Positions 34,935 to 43,922 of a stretch of 64,000 bases of DNA are shown here, piece by piece. The stretch lies in sequence record PQ898399.1; one strand, given 5' to 3'. Position 1 is the first letter of the stretch. Every line of letters starts with the position of its first letter. Made by a program: the position numbers and the translations under genes. The notes under the pieces are model-generated. The model did not search any database. It was not told the DNA's origin and was given only the letters and a program-made list of their open reading frames with translations.

Positions 34935-35245
34935 TGATTTCTGAAATGAAAGAAAAAATTCTGAAAGAAATCATGGAAGACCATGATGGGCATTCAGAGT
35001 ATTACGACTTTGAAGACTCTGATTATCTTGAAGAAGTAGACCATGATGAATGGACTCAGAACCACAAGTATCAATATCGTCAAGTAGTTTACTACAGCAA
35101 GAAACATGACGTTCACGTCGCTGTAAATGAAACTCGTTCTGGTTCGTATCATACTGATTGGTACTATATGGAGCCTGATGTCTCGTTAGTTGAGAAACGC
35201 GAGCGTAAAGTAACTAAGACTATCACAGAATGGGTTACGCTCTAA
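34934..35245 (+). CDS. 49.2: gp49.2-like protein
   Basis: KH.VHVAVNE.RSGSYH.DWYY. Confidence 0.85.
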   Translation: MISEMKEKILKEIMEDHDGHSEYYDFEDSDYLEEVDHDEWTQNHKYQYRQVVYYSKKHDVHVAVNETRSGSYHTDWYYMEPDVSLVEKRERKVTKTITEWVTL

Positions 35246-35376
35246 AACCTTGGTACGCGGCTCGATGGGAAACTCTCGAGCCAGAGGAAGAAGAACGCTT
35301 TCCTGAAGATGATTATAATGAACCTACCAACAATGAATTAATCGATATGGAGTTTGGATATGAGTTTCCTGAATAA
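35230..35376 (+). CDS. 49.1: gp49.1-like protein
   Basis: YALKPWYAARWETLEPE...NELIDME. Confidence 0.8.
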   Translation: MGYALKPWYAARWETLEPEEEERFPEDDYNEPTNNELIDMEFGYEFPE

Positions 35377-35818
35377 AGTTTTTCGTGTTATTGAAGAAGA
35401 TGAAGAGCTGCTTTCTCAATTCCCTGAATTTGTAAAGGGTGCAGAATTTAAAGTTCTGAGCATCAGTAAAGTAGGCGAATCAACTGGCATGACTTCTGTT
35501 CAATTTAAGAATGGACCTTATGTTCATGTTAAAACTGCTACTCATCCAGAAATTAGTGGTCAAGATTCATGGTTCTGGTGCTTCTACTCTGATGAAATTG
35601 ATCATTTAGAAGAACTTGAAGAACTTTCTTCTGACCAATACGGCTCTTCTGAAGATATCCCTCGTAACCTTTTTAACGGAAAAGATATCACTGCGCAGCT
35701 CTATAAAATGGCTGGTCAAGAAAATTGTGATTCCGAAGAATACGATTTGATGCAAGCTGCTGCAGATTATATTCGTTGGCTTGAAGCTCAACTTGAATTT
35801 AACTCCAGGAAGTTCTAA
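35360..35818 (+). CDS. pin: inhibitor of host Lon protease
   Basis: K.A.QEN.D...LMQAAA.YI.WLE.Q; synteny. Confidence 0.85.
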   Translation: MSFLNKVFRVIEEDEELLSQFPEFVKGAEFKVLSISKVGESTGMTSVQFKNGPYVHVKTATHPEISGQDSWFWCFYSDEIDHLEELEELSSDQYGSSEDIPRNLFNGKDITAQLYKMAGQENCDSEEYDLMQAAADYIRWLEAQLEFNSRKF

Positions 35819-35820
35819 AC

Positions 35821-35828
35821 TATAAATA
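35821..35828 (+). promoter_or_regulatory. T4-type late promoter of gene 49
   Basis: TATAAATA. Confidence 0.85.
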
Positions 35829-35852
35829 GTTCATCTAATATTGAGGTGAACT

Positions 35853-36326
35853 ATGTTATTGACCAGCAAACTCTACAAAGAAGAAAAACAAAGACTATTT
35901 GATGCACAGCATGGTATCTGTCCTATTTGTAAACGTGAATTAGACAGCGATGTTCAAAGTAACCACCTTGACCACGACCATGAATTGAACGGACCAAAAG
36001 CCGGTAAAGTTCGTGGTTTACTGTGTAATTTGTGTAACGCAGCAGAAGGTCAAATGAAGCATAAGTTCAACCGCTCTGGTTTGAAAGGTCGTGAAGTCGA
36101 CTACCTCGAGTGGCTTGAGAGTTTGCTGACCTATCTGAAGAATGACTATACTAAAAACAACATTCATCCTAATTTCATTGGCGATAAGTCAAAAGAATTC
36201 AGTCGACTTGGTAAACCCGAGATGATAGCTGAAATGAATGCTTACGGGTTTACCTATTCTGAAGATGATTCCAAACCAAAGCTTGTTGCTTCATTCAAAA
36301 AGCAACTTCGTAAGAGTTTAAAATGA
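35853..36326 (+). CDS. 49: recombination endonuclease VII
   Basis: CPIC, HLDHDHELNGPKAGKVRGLLCNLCN; 157 aa. Confidence 0.97.
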   Translation: MLLTSKLYKEEKQRLFDAQHGICPICKRELDSDVQSNHLDHDHELNGPKAGKVRGLLCNLCNAAEGQMKHKFNRSGLKGREVDYLEWLESLLTYLKNDYTKNNIHPNFIGDKSKEFSRLGKPEMIAEMNAYGFTYSEDDSKPKLVASFKKQLRKSLK

Positions 36327-38152
36327 CAATTGAATCAGAAATCCAGGGTTTAATCAACCGCACCAACAAAGACTTACTAAACGAGAATGCTAATAAAGAT
36401 TCTCGTGTTTTTCCAACTCAACGAGACCTGATGGCAGGAATTGTTTCAAAACACATTGCTCGTCAGGTTATCTCTCCTACTGTTCTAAATGCTCATGATA
36501 AAGGTCTTATTCATTTTCATGACTTAGACTATTCTCCAGCTCTTCCATTCACTAACTGTTGCTTAGTCGATTTGAAGGGTATGCTCAGCAATGGATTTAA
36601 ACTTGGTAATGCTCAAATTGAGACTCCAAAGTCAATTGGTGTAGCAACTGCTATTATGGCTCAAATCACTGCTCAAGTAGCTTCACATCAATATGGTGGA
36701 ACGACATTTGCTAATGTTGATGTTGTACTTGCTCCTTTTGTAGAGAAGACTTTCTTTAAGCATTTACACGATGCAGAAAGATACGGCATTGAGCATGTCA
36801 ATGACTATGTATACGCGATTGAGAAAACAGAAAAAGACGTATACGACGCATTCCAAGCTTATGAATATGAAGTCAATACTCTGTTCAGTTCAAATGGACA
36901 AACTCCGTTCGTGACAATTACCTTTGGTACTGGTACAAGCGATTATGAACGAATGATTCAAAAAGCTATTCTCAAAAATAGAATCAAAGGTCTTGGACGA
37001 GACGGAATCACTCCGATTTTTCCTAAGCTCGTTATGTTTGTTGAAGAAGGAATTAACCTTCATCCTACTGATGTGAACTATGACATCAAACAACTTGCAT
37101 TGGAATGTGCAAGTAAGCGAATGTATCCTGACATCATTAGTTCAAAGAATAACCGTCTAATCACTGGCTCTTCTGTTCCAGTTTCTCCAATGGGATGTCG
37201 CTCATTCCTGGGCGTATGGAAGAACAAAGACGGCGAAGAAATTCTCGATGGTCGTAATAATCTTGGTGTAGTGACAATTAACCTACCACGAGTAGCACTC
37301 GATTGTATGGTTGATGGCCGTCCAGACTTGACCAAGTTCTTCCACATTCTTGATGACCGTTTGAAGATTTGTAAAGAAGCTCTTTTAGCTCGTATTGAAT
37401 CACTTCGCGGTGTAACAGCTTCTGTAGCTCCTATTCTTTATCAAGAAGGTGCTTTTGGTGTTCGTCTTAAGCCAAACGATGAGATTCTCGACATCTTTAG
37501 AAATGGTCGTTCTTCAATTTCGTTAGGGTACATCGGAATCCATGAAGTTCAAACTCTATTGGGTGCTGATATCGGTAAGCTTCTTCTGAAATGCCTGAAT
37601 GATTATCTTGCTGAATGGACTAAAGAGACTGGCTTTGCTTTTAGTCTTTATTCAACTCCAGCAGAGAATTTGTGCTATCGCTTCTGTAAGATTGATGCTG
37701 AAGTCCATGGTGATATCAAAGGCGTCACCGATAAAGGGTGGTACACTAACAGCTTCCATGTTTCAGTAGAAGAAAAGATTTCTCCATTTGGTAAAATTGA
37801 CCGTGAAGCTATTTTCCACTTCATCGCTAAGGGTGGTCATATCAGTTATGTAGAACTTCCTGATATGAAGAACAACCTTAAAGGTCTTGAAGCAGTGTGG
37901 GATTATGCTGTTGAGCATCTTGATTACTTCGGTGTAAACATGCCAGTTGATAAGTGCTTTACATGCGGTTCAACTCATGAAATGACTCCAACGGAAGATG
38001 GATTTGTCTGTCATGAATGTGGTGAATCAGACCCTAAAAAGATGAACACAATCCGACGTACTTGCGGATATCTTGGCAATCCGTCTGAACGTGGATTTAA
38101 TCTTGGTAAAAACAAAGAAATAATGCATAGGACAAAGCACTGTGAAGTATGA
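36323..38152 (+). CDS. nrdD: anaerobic ribonucleoside-triphosphate reductase
   Basis: NANKDSRVFPTQRDL, TNCC, MGCRSFL, RRTCGYLG; no intron. Confidence 0.98.
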   Translation: MTIESEIQGLINRTNKDLLNENANKDSRVFPTQRDLMAGIVSKHIARQVISPTVLNAHDKGLIHFHDLDYSPALPFTNCCLVDLKGMLSNGFKLGNAQIETPKSIGVATAIMAQITAQVASHQYGGTTFANVDVVLAPFVEKTFFKHLHDAERYGIEHVNDYVYAIEKTEKDVYDAFQAYEYEVNTLFSSNGQTPFVTITFGTGTSDYERMIQKAILKNRIKGLGRDGITPIFPKLVMFVEEGINLHPTDVNYDIKQLALECASKRMYPDIISSKNNRLITGSSVPVSPMGCRSFLGVWKNKDGEEILDGRNNLGVVTINLPRVALDCMVDGRPDLTKFFHILDDRLKICKEALLARIESLRGVTASVAPILYQEGAFGVRLKPNDEILDIFRNGRSSISLGYIGIHEVQTLLGADIGKLLLKCLNDYLAEWTKETGFAFSLYSTPAENLCYRFCKIDAEVHGDIKGVTDKGWYTNSFHVSVEEKISPFGKIDREAIFHFIAKGGHISYVELPDMKNNLKGLEAVWDYAVEHLDYFGVNMPVDKCFTCGSTHEMTPTEDGFVCHECGESDPKKMNTIRRTCGYLGNPSERGFNLGKNKEIMHRTKHCEV

Positions 38153-38627
38153 CAGAATCTATCCTTGTGATTTTGTGAATGGCCCTGGTTGCAGGGTCGT
38201 TCTTTTTGTCACCGGGTGTTTGCATAAATGCGAAGGATGTTACAATAAGTCTACATGGAATCCACGCAATGGAACAGAGTTCACCGGTGAAACGATTGGT
38301 GAAATCAGAGAGCTTCTTGAGCCTGATTACATTCAAGGAATCACTATTACTGGTGGAGACCCTCTTTATCCAGACAATAGAGAAACTATAGAAGCACTGC
38401 TTAAGTGCTTACATACTAGTCACCCTCATAAAGATGTTTGGATGTGGACGGGCTACAAGTTCGAAGATATCAAGGACTTGGAACTGCTAAATTATGTTGA
38501 TGTTATTATCGATGGTAAATATGAACAGTCTCTACCAACTAAAAAGCTTTGGAGAGGCAGTGACAATCAAAGGCTGTGGATTAACAGCGGAACTTGGAAT
38601 GAGGAACATAATGAACATCCTGAATAA
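38142..38627 (+). CDS. nrdG: anaerobic RNR activase (radical SAM)
   Basis: NGPG.RVVLFVTGC.H.C.GCYN. Confidence 0.97.
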   Translation: MKYDRIYPCDFVNGPGCRVVLFVTGCLHKCEGCYNKSTWNPRNGTEFTGETIGEIRELLEPDYIQGITITGGDPLYPDNRETIEALLKCLHTSHPHKDVWMWTGYKFEDIKDLELLNYVDVIIDGKYEQSLPTKKLWRGSDNQRLWINSGTWNEEHNEHPE

Positions 38628-38726
38628 ACTCGCACTAAACGCAAACTTCATCATTCAAAGCTGGGGCGAAGAATTCCCTGCTCTGTACGTTTTCGCTGGT
38701 ATCGTAACTTTCTCCTAAGGAAAAAC

Positions 38727-39002
38727 ATGAAATACATCAAATCTTTCTTCAACGGGACTCGTACTGCTTTATCTAAGCTTCTGGCTTATCTTGTTATTGC
38801 TTACGGAATTATTGTTGCTGTACCTGCACTTTTGGTATTCGGACTGGCAGTGATTATCGCTCCTAAGACCGATGATAAACCTAAACTTTCTCCCGAAGAA
38901 GTTACTGCTCGTATTCGTCGAATGACTGATGCGCTTAAGGATATTGGTTTAGATGATAAGCTTGAGGTTACAGTCAATGGAAAACTCACAACTAAGAGCT
39001 AA
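38727..39002 (+). CDS. hypothetical membrane protein
   Basis: hydrophobic helix, AAGGA RBS. Confidence 0.75.
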   Translation: MKYIKSFFNGTRTALSKLLAYLVIAYGIIVAVPALLVFGLAVIIAPKTDDKPKLSPEEVTARIRRMTDALKDIGLDDKLEVTVNGKLTTKS

Positions 39003-39291
39003 AATTTATGGAATTCCGGAAGACGTCTATCGCTGCGCTGGTTGCGCAGCAGTCAAAGAAATTTTTGACGAATTCAAAATTCCGTATGAGTTCATCGACG
39101 TTATCTACATGGCCGGTGACGTCCAATACAACTACAAAGCGATTGAAGAAGCCGCTAAAGCCTCAGGAGTTTTCCCAAGCAAGCGAGTCAATTACCCGGT
39201 CGTCATCCTCGGTGGTGTATATTACCCAAATCTAAGAACAATAAAAGAGAGACTTGGTGAACTAGGTTACGACCTCGATTCGCTGGATTAA
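38977..39291 (+). CDS. nrdH: glutaredoxin
   Basis: YGIPE...RCAGC, YPV, LGYD. Confidence 0.88.
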   Translation: MENSQLRAKIYGIPEDVYRCAGCAAVKEIFDEFKIPYEFIDVIYMAGDVQYNYKAIEEAAKASGVFPSKRVNYPVVILGGVYYPNLRTIKERLGELGYDLDSLD

Positions 39292-39436
39292 CTCTAAGAC
39301 ACTTTCTTTTGAAGTCCATATAAACATATGGCTCACATCTTCGGGGACCCTGGTGGTCCCCATTTTTATTTCTATGACCGTTTACATCTGTTGCAGAAGG
39401 TGTTACTATACTCTTACATCAACCAAGGAGAGTAAC

Positions 39437-39703
39437 ATGATTTTACTGAAAAAGAAAGTTTCTGTTGAACTGGAAGTTCTGGTACGTTCTGAATCCCGTG
39501 ACCAAGAACGCATGAATATTGAAATCAACAATGTTGAAATCATCTTCCGCGGACGTTCTTGTATGACAGAAGTTGCAATCAGCACTGCGCGCCATCGCCC
39601 AAGTTCAATCACTAATGCTATCTACGCTTTGATTTCAGACATCAACAAAGAAGAAGCATCTGAACTGACTCGTGCTATCTACGAGCATATTAAAAACTGC
39701 TAA
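39437..39703 (+). CDS. hypothetical protein (55.x region)
   Basis: AAGGAG RBS; early promoter GTTTAC at ~39380. Confidence 0.75.
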   Translation: MILLKKKVSVELEVLVRSESRDQERMNIEINNVEIIFRGRSCMTEVAISTARHRPSSITNAIYALISDINKEEASELTRAIYEHIKNC

Positions 39704-39768
39704 TTTTGCTATAAGGGATTCAAAATAGAATCTCTTATGTCAAACTTAGTTAAAATGAGGAAATCAAT

Positions 39769-40107
39769 ATGTCACAGGCTATCAAAAACGTACTGAACGC
39801 TTTCGTATTCCCGAAGGTAGAAGCAATGAAAGTTGATGGTGAGTTCAAAGACGTTATCGTGACTCCTAAGTTGCTGGATAAGTGGGAAGTTGAGTTGCAT
39901 GGTACGATGAAAGAGAACGACCAGAAAATTGGTAAAGCTCGTATCCGTGAACTGGTCGTTGCTTACATTCTGTCCGAATTTAGCCTTGATGCTTTCGGTA
40001 TTCCAACTACCAAGCGCAAAGAAATCTCTGACAGCACTATCCGTAAGATGAAGAATCAGCGCAAGAAAGGCTTCGTCGACCTCAAAATTGTTAAGGCCGC
40101 CAAATGA
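39769..40107 (+). CDS. 55.2: gp55.2, host topoisomerase I inhibitor homologue
   Basis: IVTP.LLDKWE.ELH.TMK.NDQKIG, YILSEF, RKMKNQRKK. Confidence 0.88.
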   Translation: MSQAIKNVLNAFVFPKVEAMKVDGEFKDVIVTPKLLDKWEVELHGTMKENDQKIGKARIRELVVAYILSEFSLDAFGIPTTKRKEISDSTIRKMKNQRKKGFVDLKIVKAAK

Positions 40108-40367
40108 ATGAAGGTATAAGTGTTATCATATTGATATCTCATAAAATAGACGTTTGGCATTCTAAGCTGCATGCTCGATTCGTCTTTGGAACCAATTGGG
40201 AAGATATCAATAATGCTGTTGACTATATCAAAGCATGTGAAATGATAAACAAAGATTTCCGTGTCAGATATTTCCCAGTTGAACACAAAAGTTGGGATTA
40301 TCCTTTTTACTATATGTGGGAAGAAGGAATGACAGAGGAAGAACTGAAGGAGTACCTCGATGAATAA
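40104..40367 (+). CDS. hypothetical protein
   Basis: coupled ORF. Confidence 0.65.
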   Translation: MNEGISVIILISHKIDVWHSKLHARFVFGTNWEDINNAVDYIKACEMINKDFRVRYFPVEHKSWDYPFYYMWEEGMTEEELKEYLDE

Positions 40368-40587
40368 AATTGAAAGTGATTTACAGTTAGCCGGATTTCA
40401 AACAAAGCGCACTGAAGACGGCCGCTTAATGATTGAAGGTACTTCAAAGAACGATGTTGATTTCGTTATTGAAGAAGATTTTGATGCCTGGTGGGTTTAC
40501 GAATACACTGGGAAAGATTATCACTCAGTAGATGCATTCGGAAGTATGGATGAAGCTATTGAATGCGCCAAGGAGCTTATTCTATGA
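40360..40587 (+). CDS. hypothetical protein
   Basis: GGAG RBS. Confidence 0.75.
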   Translation: MNKIESDLQLAGFQTKRTEDGRLMIEGTSKNDVDFVIEEDFDAWWVYEYTGKDYHSVDAFGSMDEAIECAKELIL

Positions 40588-40835
40588 AATACAATCAATT
40601 CACTATCACCGTATTGAATTATGGCGATTGGGTTATTCGTCGTGATGGTACCGTTTATTTCTCTGATGAAGAGACTGGTGCTTACTGGGAATCTGATATT
40701 GCTATTTTCCGCGATTACACTCCAGATATTCTTTATCGCGAATTCTGTGAAGAAACTTGCGAAGACCTTGAACCTATGCACTACAATACGTTTAAGACTT
40801 TAATCGAAGATACTTTTAAGGTATTTGAATTATGA
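40584..40835 (+). CDS. hypothetical protein
   Basis: AGGAG RBS before ATG 40584. Confidence 0.7.
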   Translation: MKYNQFTITVLNYGDWVIRRDGTVYFSDEETGAYWESDIAIFRDYTPDILYREFCEETCEDLEPMHYNTFKTLIEDTFKVFEL

Positions 40836-41128
40836 GCCGAATTACTTTAGATAATATTGAAATCGCCTCATTCCGTGTTACTGGGCTGGGTGAATTTTTC
40901 GTTGATAAGTGGATGGGAATTACATTCTCAGACTCAAATGAACCCGGTCCTAGTCTTGAATATGTCTGGCGAGGCCATGTATCTAAGCTGAATGAAAATG
41001 GCTACATCGAATTATGGAAATCATGGCTCAGATTCTGTAATGAAAATGCTTTTGAGCCTGAACTCGATTTTGTTACTTTCCGCAAACTCATGATTAAGTG
41101 CTTTTCGCTTTACGAACTCCTTAAATAG
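40832..41128 (+). CDS. hypothetical protein, apparent paralogue of preceding ORF
   Basis: both have W....dG.v/i.FSD and C-terminal FC.E....L....F..L....F. Confidence 0.7.
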   Translation: MSRITLDNIEIASFRVTGLGEFFVDKWMGITFSDSNEPGPSLEYVWRGHVSKLNENGYIELWKSWLRFCNENAFEPELDFVTFRKLMIKCFSLYELLK

Positions 41129-41194
41129 ATGCTTAAAATACTCTTCCTCCAAACGTGTTATAATATTCTTATTAAATGAAGCGGAAGAGGTAAT

Positions 41195-41728
41195 ATGGCT
41201 AACTATGTAAATAATAAGGAGTTGCTGAAAGCCATCACTGAGTGGAAACAGCAATGCCGCGAAGCTGGTAAACCCGTTCGTCAGAATGATACTATCGGCA
41301 GAGCAATTATGTTGATATCTGAGGGTCTGAGTAAGCGTTTTAACTTTTCGGGATACACCCGCTCTTGGAAAGATGAAATGATTTCAGACGGTGTAGAAGC
41401 TTCTATCAAAGGTCTACACAACTTCGATGAAACAAAGTACGACAACCCGCATGCGTATATAACCCGTGCTTGCTTTAACGCATTCGTCCAACGTATCAAG
41501 AAAGAACGTAAGGAAGTTGCCAAAAAGTACAGCTATTTTGTCCACAACGTCTATGACGCTCGTGACGATGATATGGTTGCGTTGGTAGATGAAACTTTTA
41601 TTCAAGACATCTACGATAAAATGACGCATTACGAAACCTCCACCTACAAACAGCCAGGGTCTGACAAAAAGAGCGATGTTGTAGATGAAGGTCCGAACTT
41701 GGATTTTTTATATGAGGCTGACGATTAA
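41195..41728 (+). CDS. 55: late sigma factor
   Basis: [47 protein letters not shown]. Confidence 0.97.
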   Translation: MANYVNNKELLKAITEWKQQCREAGKPVRQNDTIGRAIMLISEGLSKRFNFSGYTRSWKDEMISDGVEASIKGLHNFDETKYDNPHAYITRACFNAFVQRIKKERKEVAKKYSYFVHNVYDARDDDMVALVDETFIQDIYDKMTHYETSTYKQPGSDKKSDVVDEGPNLDFLYEADD

Positions 41729-41939
41729 CCTCGCAGGTTTCCTGGAAGAAGTGCCCGATTATGATGCTATCCCTTATTTGCTTAAAATGTATATGAGGGA
41801 GGTATTGGATTTGGACATTCACATCGACCCCAAGAACCCACATGACGCTGAATTCACTTCTGATAATGCTGAGATAACTCACAGTTATAATCTAGGAGAA
41901 AATGATTTTAGCATAACAATTGATTACAAAAGTAAGTAG
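41712..41939 (+). CDS. a-gt.5: a-gt.5-like protein
   Basis: [21 protein letters not shown]. Confidence 0.8.
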   Translation: MRLTINLAGFLEEVPDYDAIPYLLKMYMREVLDLDIHIDPKNPHDAEFTSDNAEITHSYNLGENDFSITIDYKSK

Positions 41940-41944
41940 GTCAA

Positions 41945-42271
41945 ATGAACGAACGTAATATTGACAGCGTAGAACAAATCGACGATAACGAAGAAGAACG
42001 TATTAAACGTTTGATTGAAGAAGAAAGCCAGAGACGTGCAAATGCTATGGCGACTAAAATCTTCAAAAAGAATCGTCGTGAAATTAAGCGACTGAATGAC
42101 CACGCAGCTGGCGCAGTCCTCGAAAATAATTTCGAAGCATATAAGTACGCTCTCTGTAAACTGCGTGACATTTACAAACAACCCTATAATGACGAAATCA
42201 TCCGTGTTAACTGGCAGACTACACGCCAACAAGTATGGGAAATCATCAATGCTGGTACAAAAACCATTTAA
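41945..42271 (+). CDS. a-gt.4: a-gt.4-like protein
   Basis: KKN.REI.RL, NNFEAYKYA..KLR.IYKQPY. Confidence 0.8.
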   Translation: MNERNIDSVEQIDDNEEERIKRLIEEESQRRANAMATKIFKKNRREIKRLNDHAAGAVLENNFEAYKYALCKLRDIYKQPYNDEIIRVNWQTTRQQVWEIINAGTKTI

Positions 42272-42446
42272 GCGTTTAAAAGTTAATGCAGGTTTTACTC
42301 TGTCAGTTTCCAATGGAGTCATGGCAGTAAAACTATCCGAAACTCATTATCGTGTTCTTGGAAGCACAGGCCCGGCAGTAAAAGCTTCTCCTAAAGAAGT
42401 TGTGTGGGTTGATACTCTCCAAGTTAAACCATGGTGGAAACTTTAA
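42249..42446 (+). CDS. a-gt.3: a-gt.3-like protein
   Basis: FKRLKVNAGFTLSV..GVMAVK.SET.YRVLGS. Confidence 0.8.
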   Translation: MLVQKPFKRLKVNAGFTLSVSNGVMAVKLSETHYRVLGSTGPAVKASPKEVVWVDTLQVKPWWKL

Positions 42447-42694
42447 TGTTGCCTCGCAGCATGCCTCAAGATTGGCCTTCTGGCGATTATATGTGCACAT
42501 GCAGAGATTGCGGTATCACTTATATCGGTCCAAAGCGTTCTATATTTTGTAATATCTGCAATTCATCTGAAAAGCCAGAATCAAAAATTGATTATGAAGC
42601 TATTCGTAATTCAAAAACGGAAATGTTGAAAAAGTTCAACGAAGCCAAGAAATTGGCCGAGGAATTGGGTTATGTTCTCGTTAAGAAAATTTGA
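42446..42694 (+). CDS. a-gt.2-like protein with N-terminal Cys cluster
   Basis: C.CRDC...CNIC; AEELGYVLVKK. Confidence 0.65.
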   Translation: MLPRSMPQDWPSGDYMCTCRDCGITYIGPKRSIFCNICNSSEKPESKIDYEAIRNSKTEMLKKFNEAKKLAEELGYVLVKKI

Positions 42695-42739
42695 TGAAGA
42701 AGATTTCGATTTCTTTGACGAATTTGACGGATTTTAATT

Positions 42740-42759
42740 AAGGGCCTTCGGGCCCTTTT
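42740..42759 (+). terminator. cUUCGg terminator
   Basis: aagggcc-TTCG-ggccctttt. Confidence 0.85.
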
Positions 42760-42760
42760 C

Positions 42761-42785
42761 TGCTTTCTGGTGTATAGAATATAAT
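42761..42785 (+). promoter_or_regulatory. T4-type middle promoter upstream of gene 47
   Basis: TGCTTT, 13 nt, TATAAT. Confidence 0.8.
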
Positions 42786-42899
42786 CTCTTTGAGGTGAAA
42801 TATGAAAATTAACTGGATTCAAATATCAGGTAAAAGAGAACATACATCTGCGATTAAAATAAAACTTCCACATCGCCGTCTTAAATTGAGGAAAAAGAA

Positions 42900-43922
42900 A
42901 TGAAAATTCTTCACACAGGTGACTGGCATCTGGGCGTAAAGGGTGATGACCCTTGGCTTCAAGAAATTCAACGTGATGGTATTCGTCAAAAAATTGAGTA
43001 CTCGAAGAAGCATGGAATTACCGTGTGGATTCAGTATGGAGATATTTTTGACGTACGTAAAGCTATTACTCACAAGACGATGGAATTCGCTCGTGAAATA
43101 GTTGATATGCTAGCAGAAGCTGGGATTACGATGCATACAATCATCGGAAACCACGATATGCATTATAAGAATAAAATTCATCCTAACGCTATCACAGAAG
43201 TATTGGGCAAACACGACCACATCAAAATTTATGATGTGCCTACTACTGTTGATTTTGATGGATGCTTAATAGACCTAATTCCATGGCTTTGTGACGAAAA
43301 CGTAGCTTCTATTATGAAGCATGTTAAAGAATCATCTGCAGAGTATTGTATTGGGCACTGGGAGCTTAATGGCTTCTATTACTACAAAGGTTTAAAATCT
43401 CATGGTCTCGAGCCAGATTTCCTTAAGTCATATAAGCAAGTGTGGTCAGGGCATTTCCATACTATATCCTCTGCTGCCAATGTTAAGTATATCGGCACTC
43501 CCTGGACCCTTACAGCAGGTGACGAGAACGACCCTCGCGGATTCTGGATTTTCGATACCGCAACGGAAAGTATGGATTTTGTGCCAAACGAAACCACTTG
43601 GCATGTAAGACTTCAATATCCATTCACAGGTAAGATTGATTACAACGACTACAAAAATCTTTCAGTCCGAGTAATTGTCACTGATGTTGATAAAGACATC
43701 ACGAAGTTTGAAACTGAACTCGAAAAAGTAGTTCACGAGCTTCGTATGGTTTCTAAAATTGACAACTCAGTTGAATCTGATGACGAAGAAGATATCGAAG
43801 TTAAAAGCTTATTAGATTTGATGTCAGAATATATTGATGCATTGGAAGACTTATCTCCAACTGATAATGCTGCATTGAAAAAATTTGCACAAGCTCTTTA
43901 TGTTGAGGCTCAGAATCAATGA
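42900..43922 (+). CDS. 47: recombination nuclease subunit (Mre11-like)
   Basis: GDWHLG, GD.FD, IGNHD, GHWE, SGHFH. Confidence 0.98.
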   Translation: MKILHTGDWHLGVKGDDPWLQEIQRDGIRQKIEYSKKHGITVWIQYGDIFDVRKAITHKTMEFAREIVDMLAEAGITMHTIIGNHDMHYKNKIHPNAITEVLGKHDHIKIYDVPTTVDFDGCLIDLIPWLCDENVASIMKHVKESSAEYCIGHWELNGFYYYKGLKSHGLEPDFLKSYKQVWSGHFHTISSAANVKYIGTPWTLTAGDENDPRGFWIFDTATESMDFVPNETTWHVRLQYPFTGKIDYNDYKNLSVRVIVTDVDKDITKFETELEKVVHELRMVSKIDNSVESDDEEDIEVKSLLDLMSEYIDALEDLSPTDNAALKKFAQALYVEAQNQ

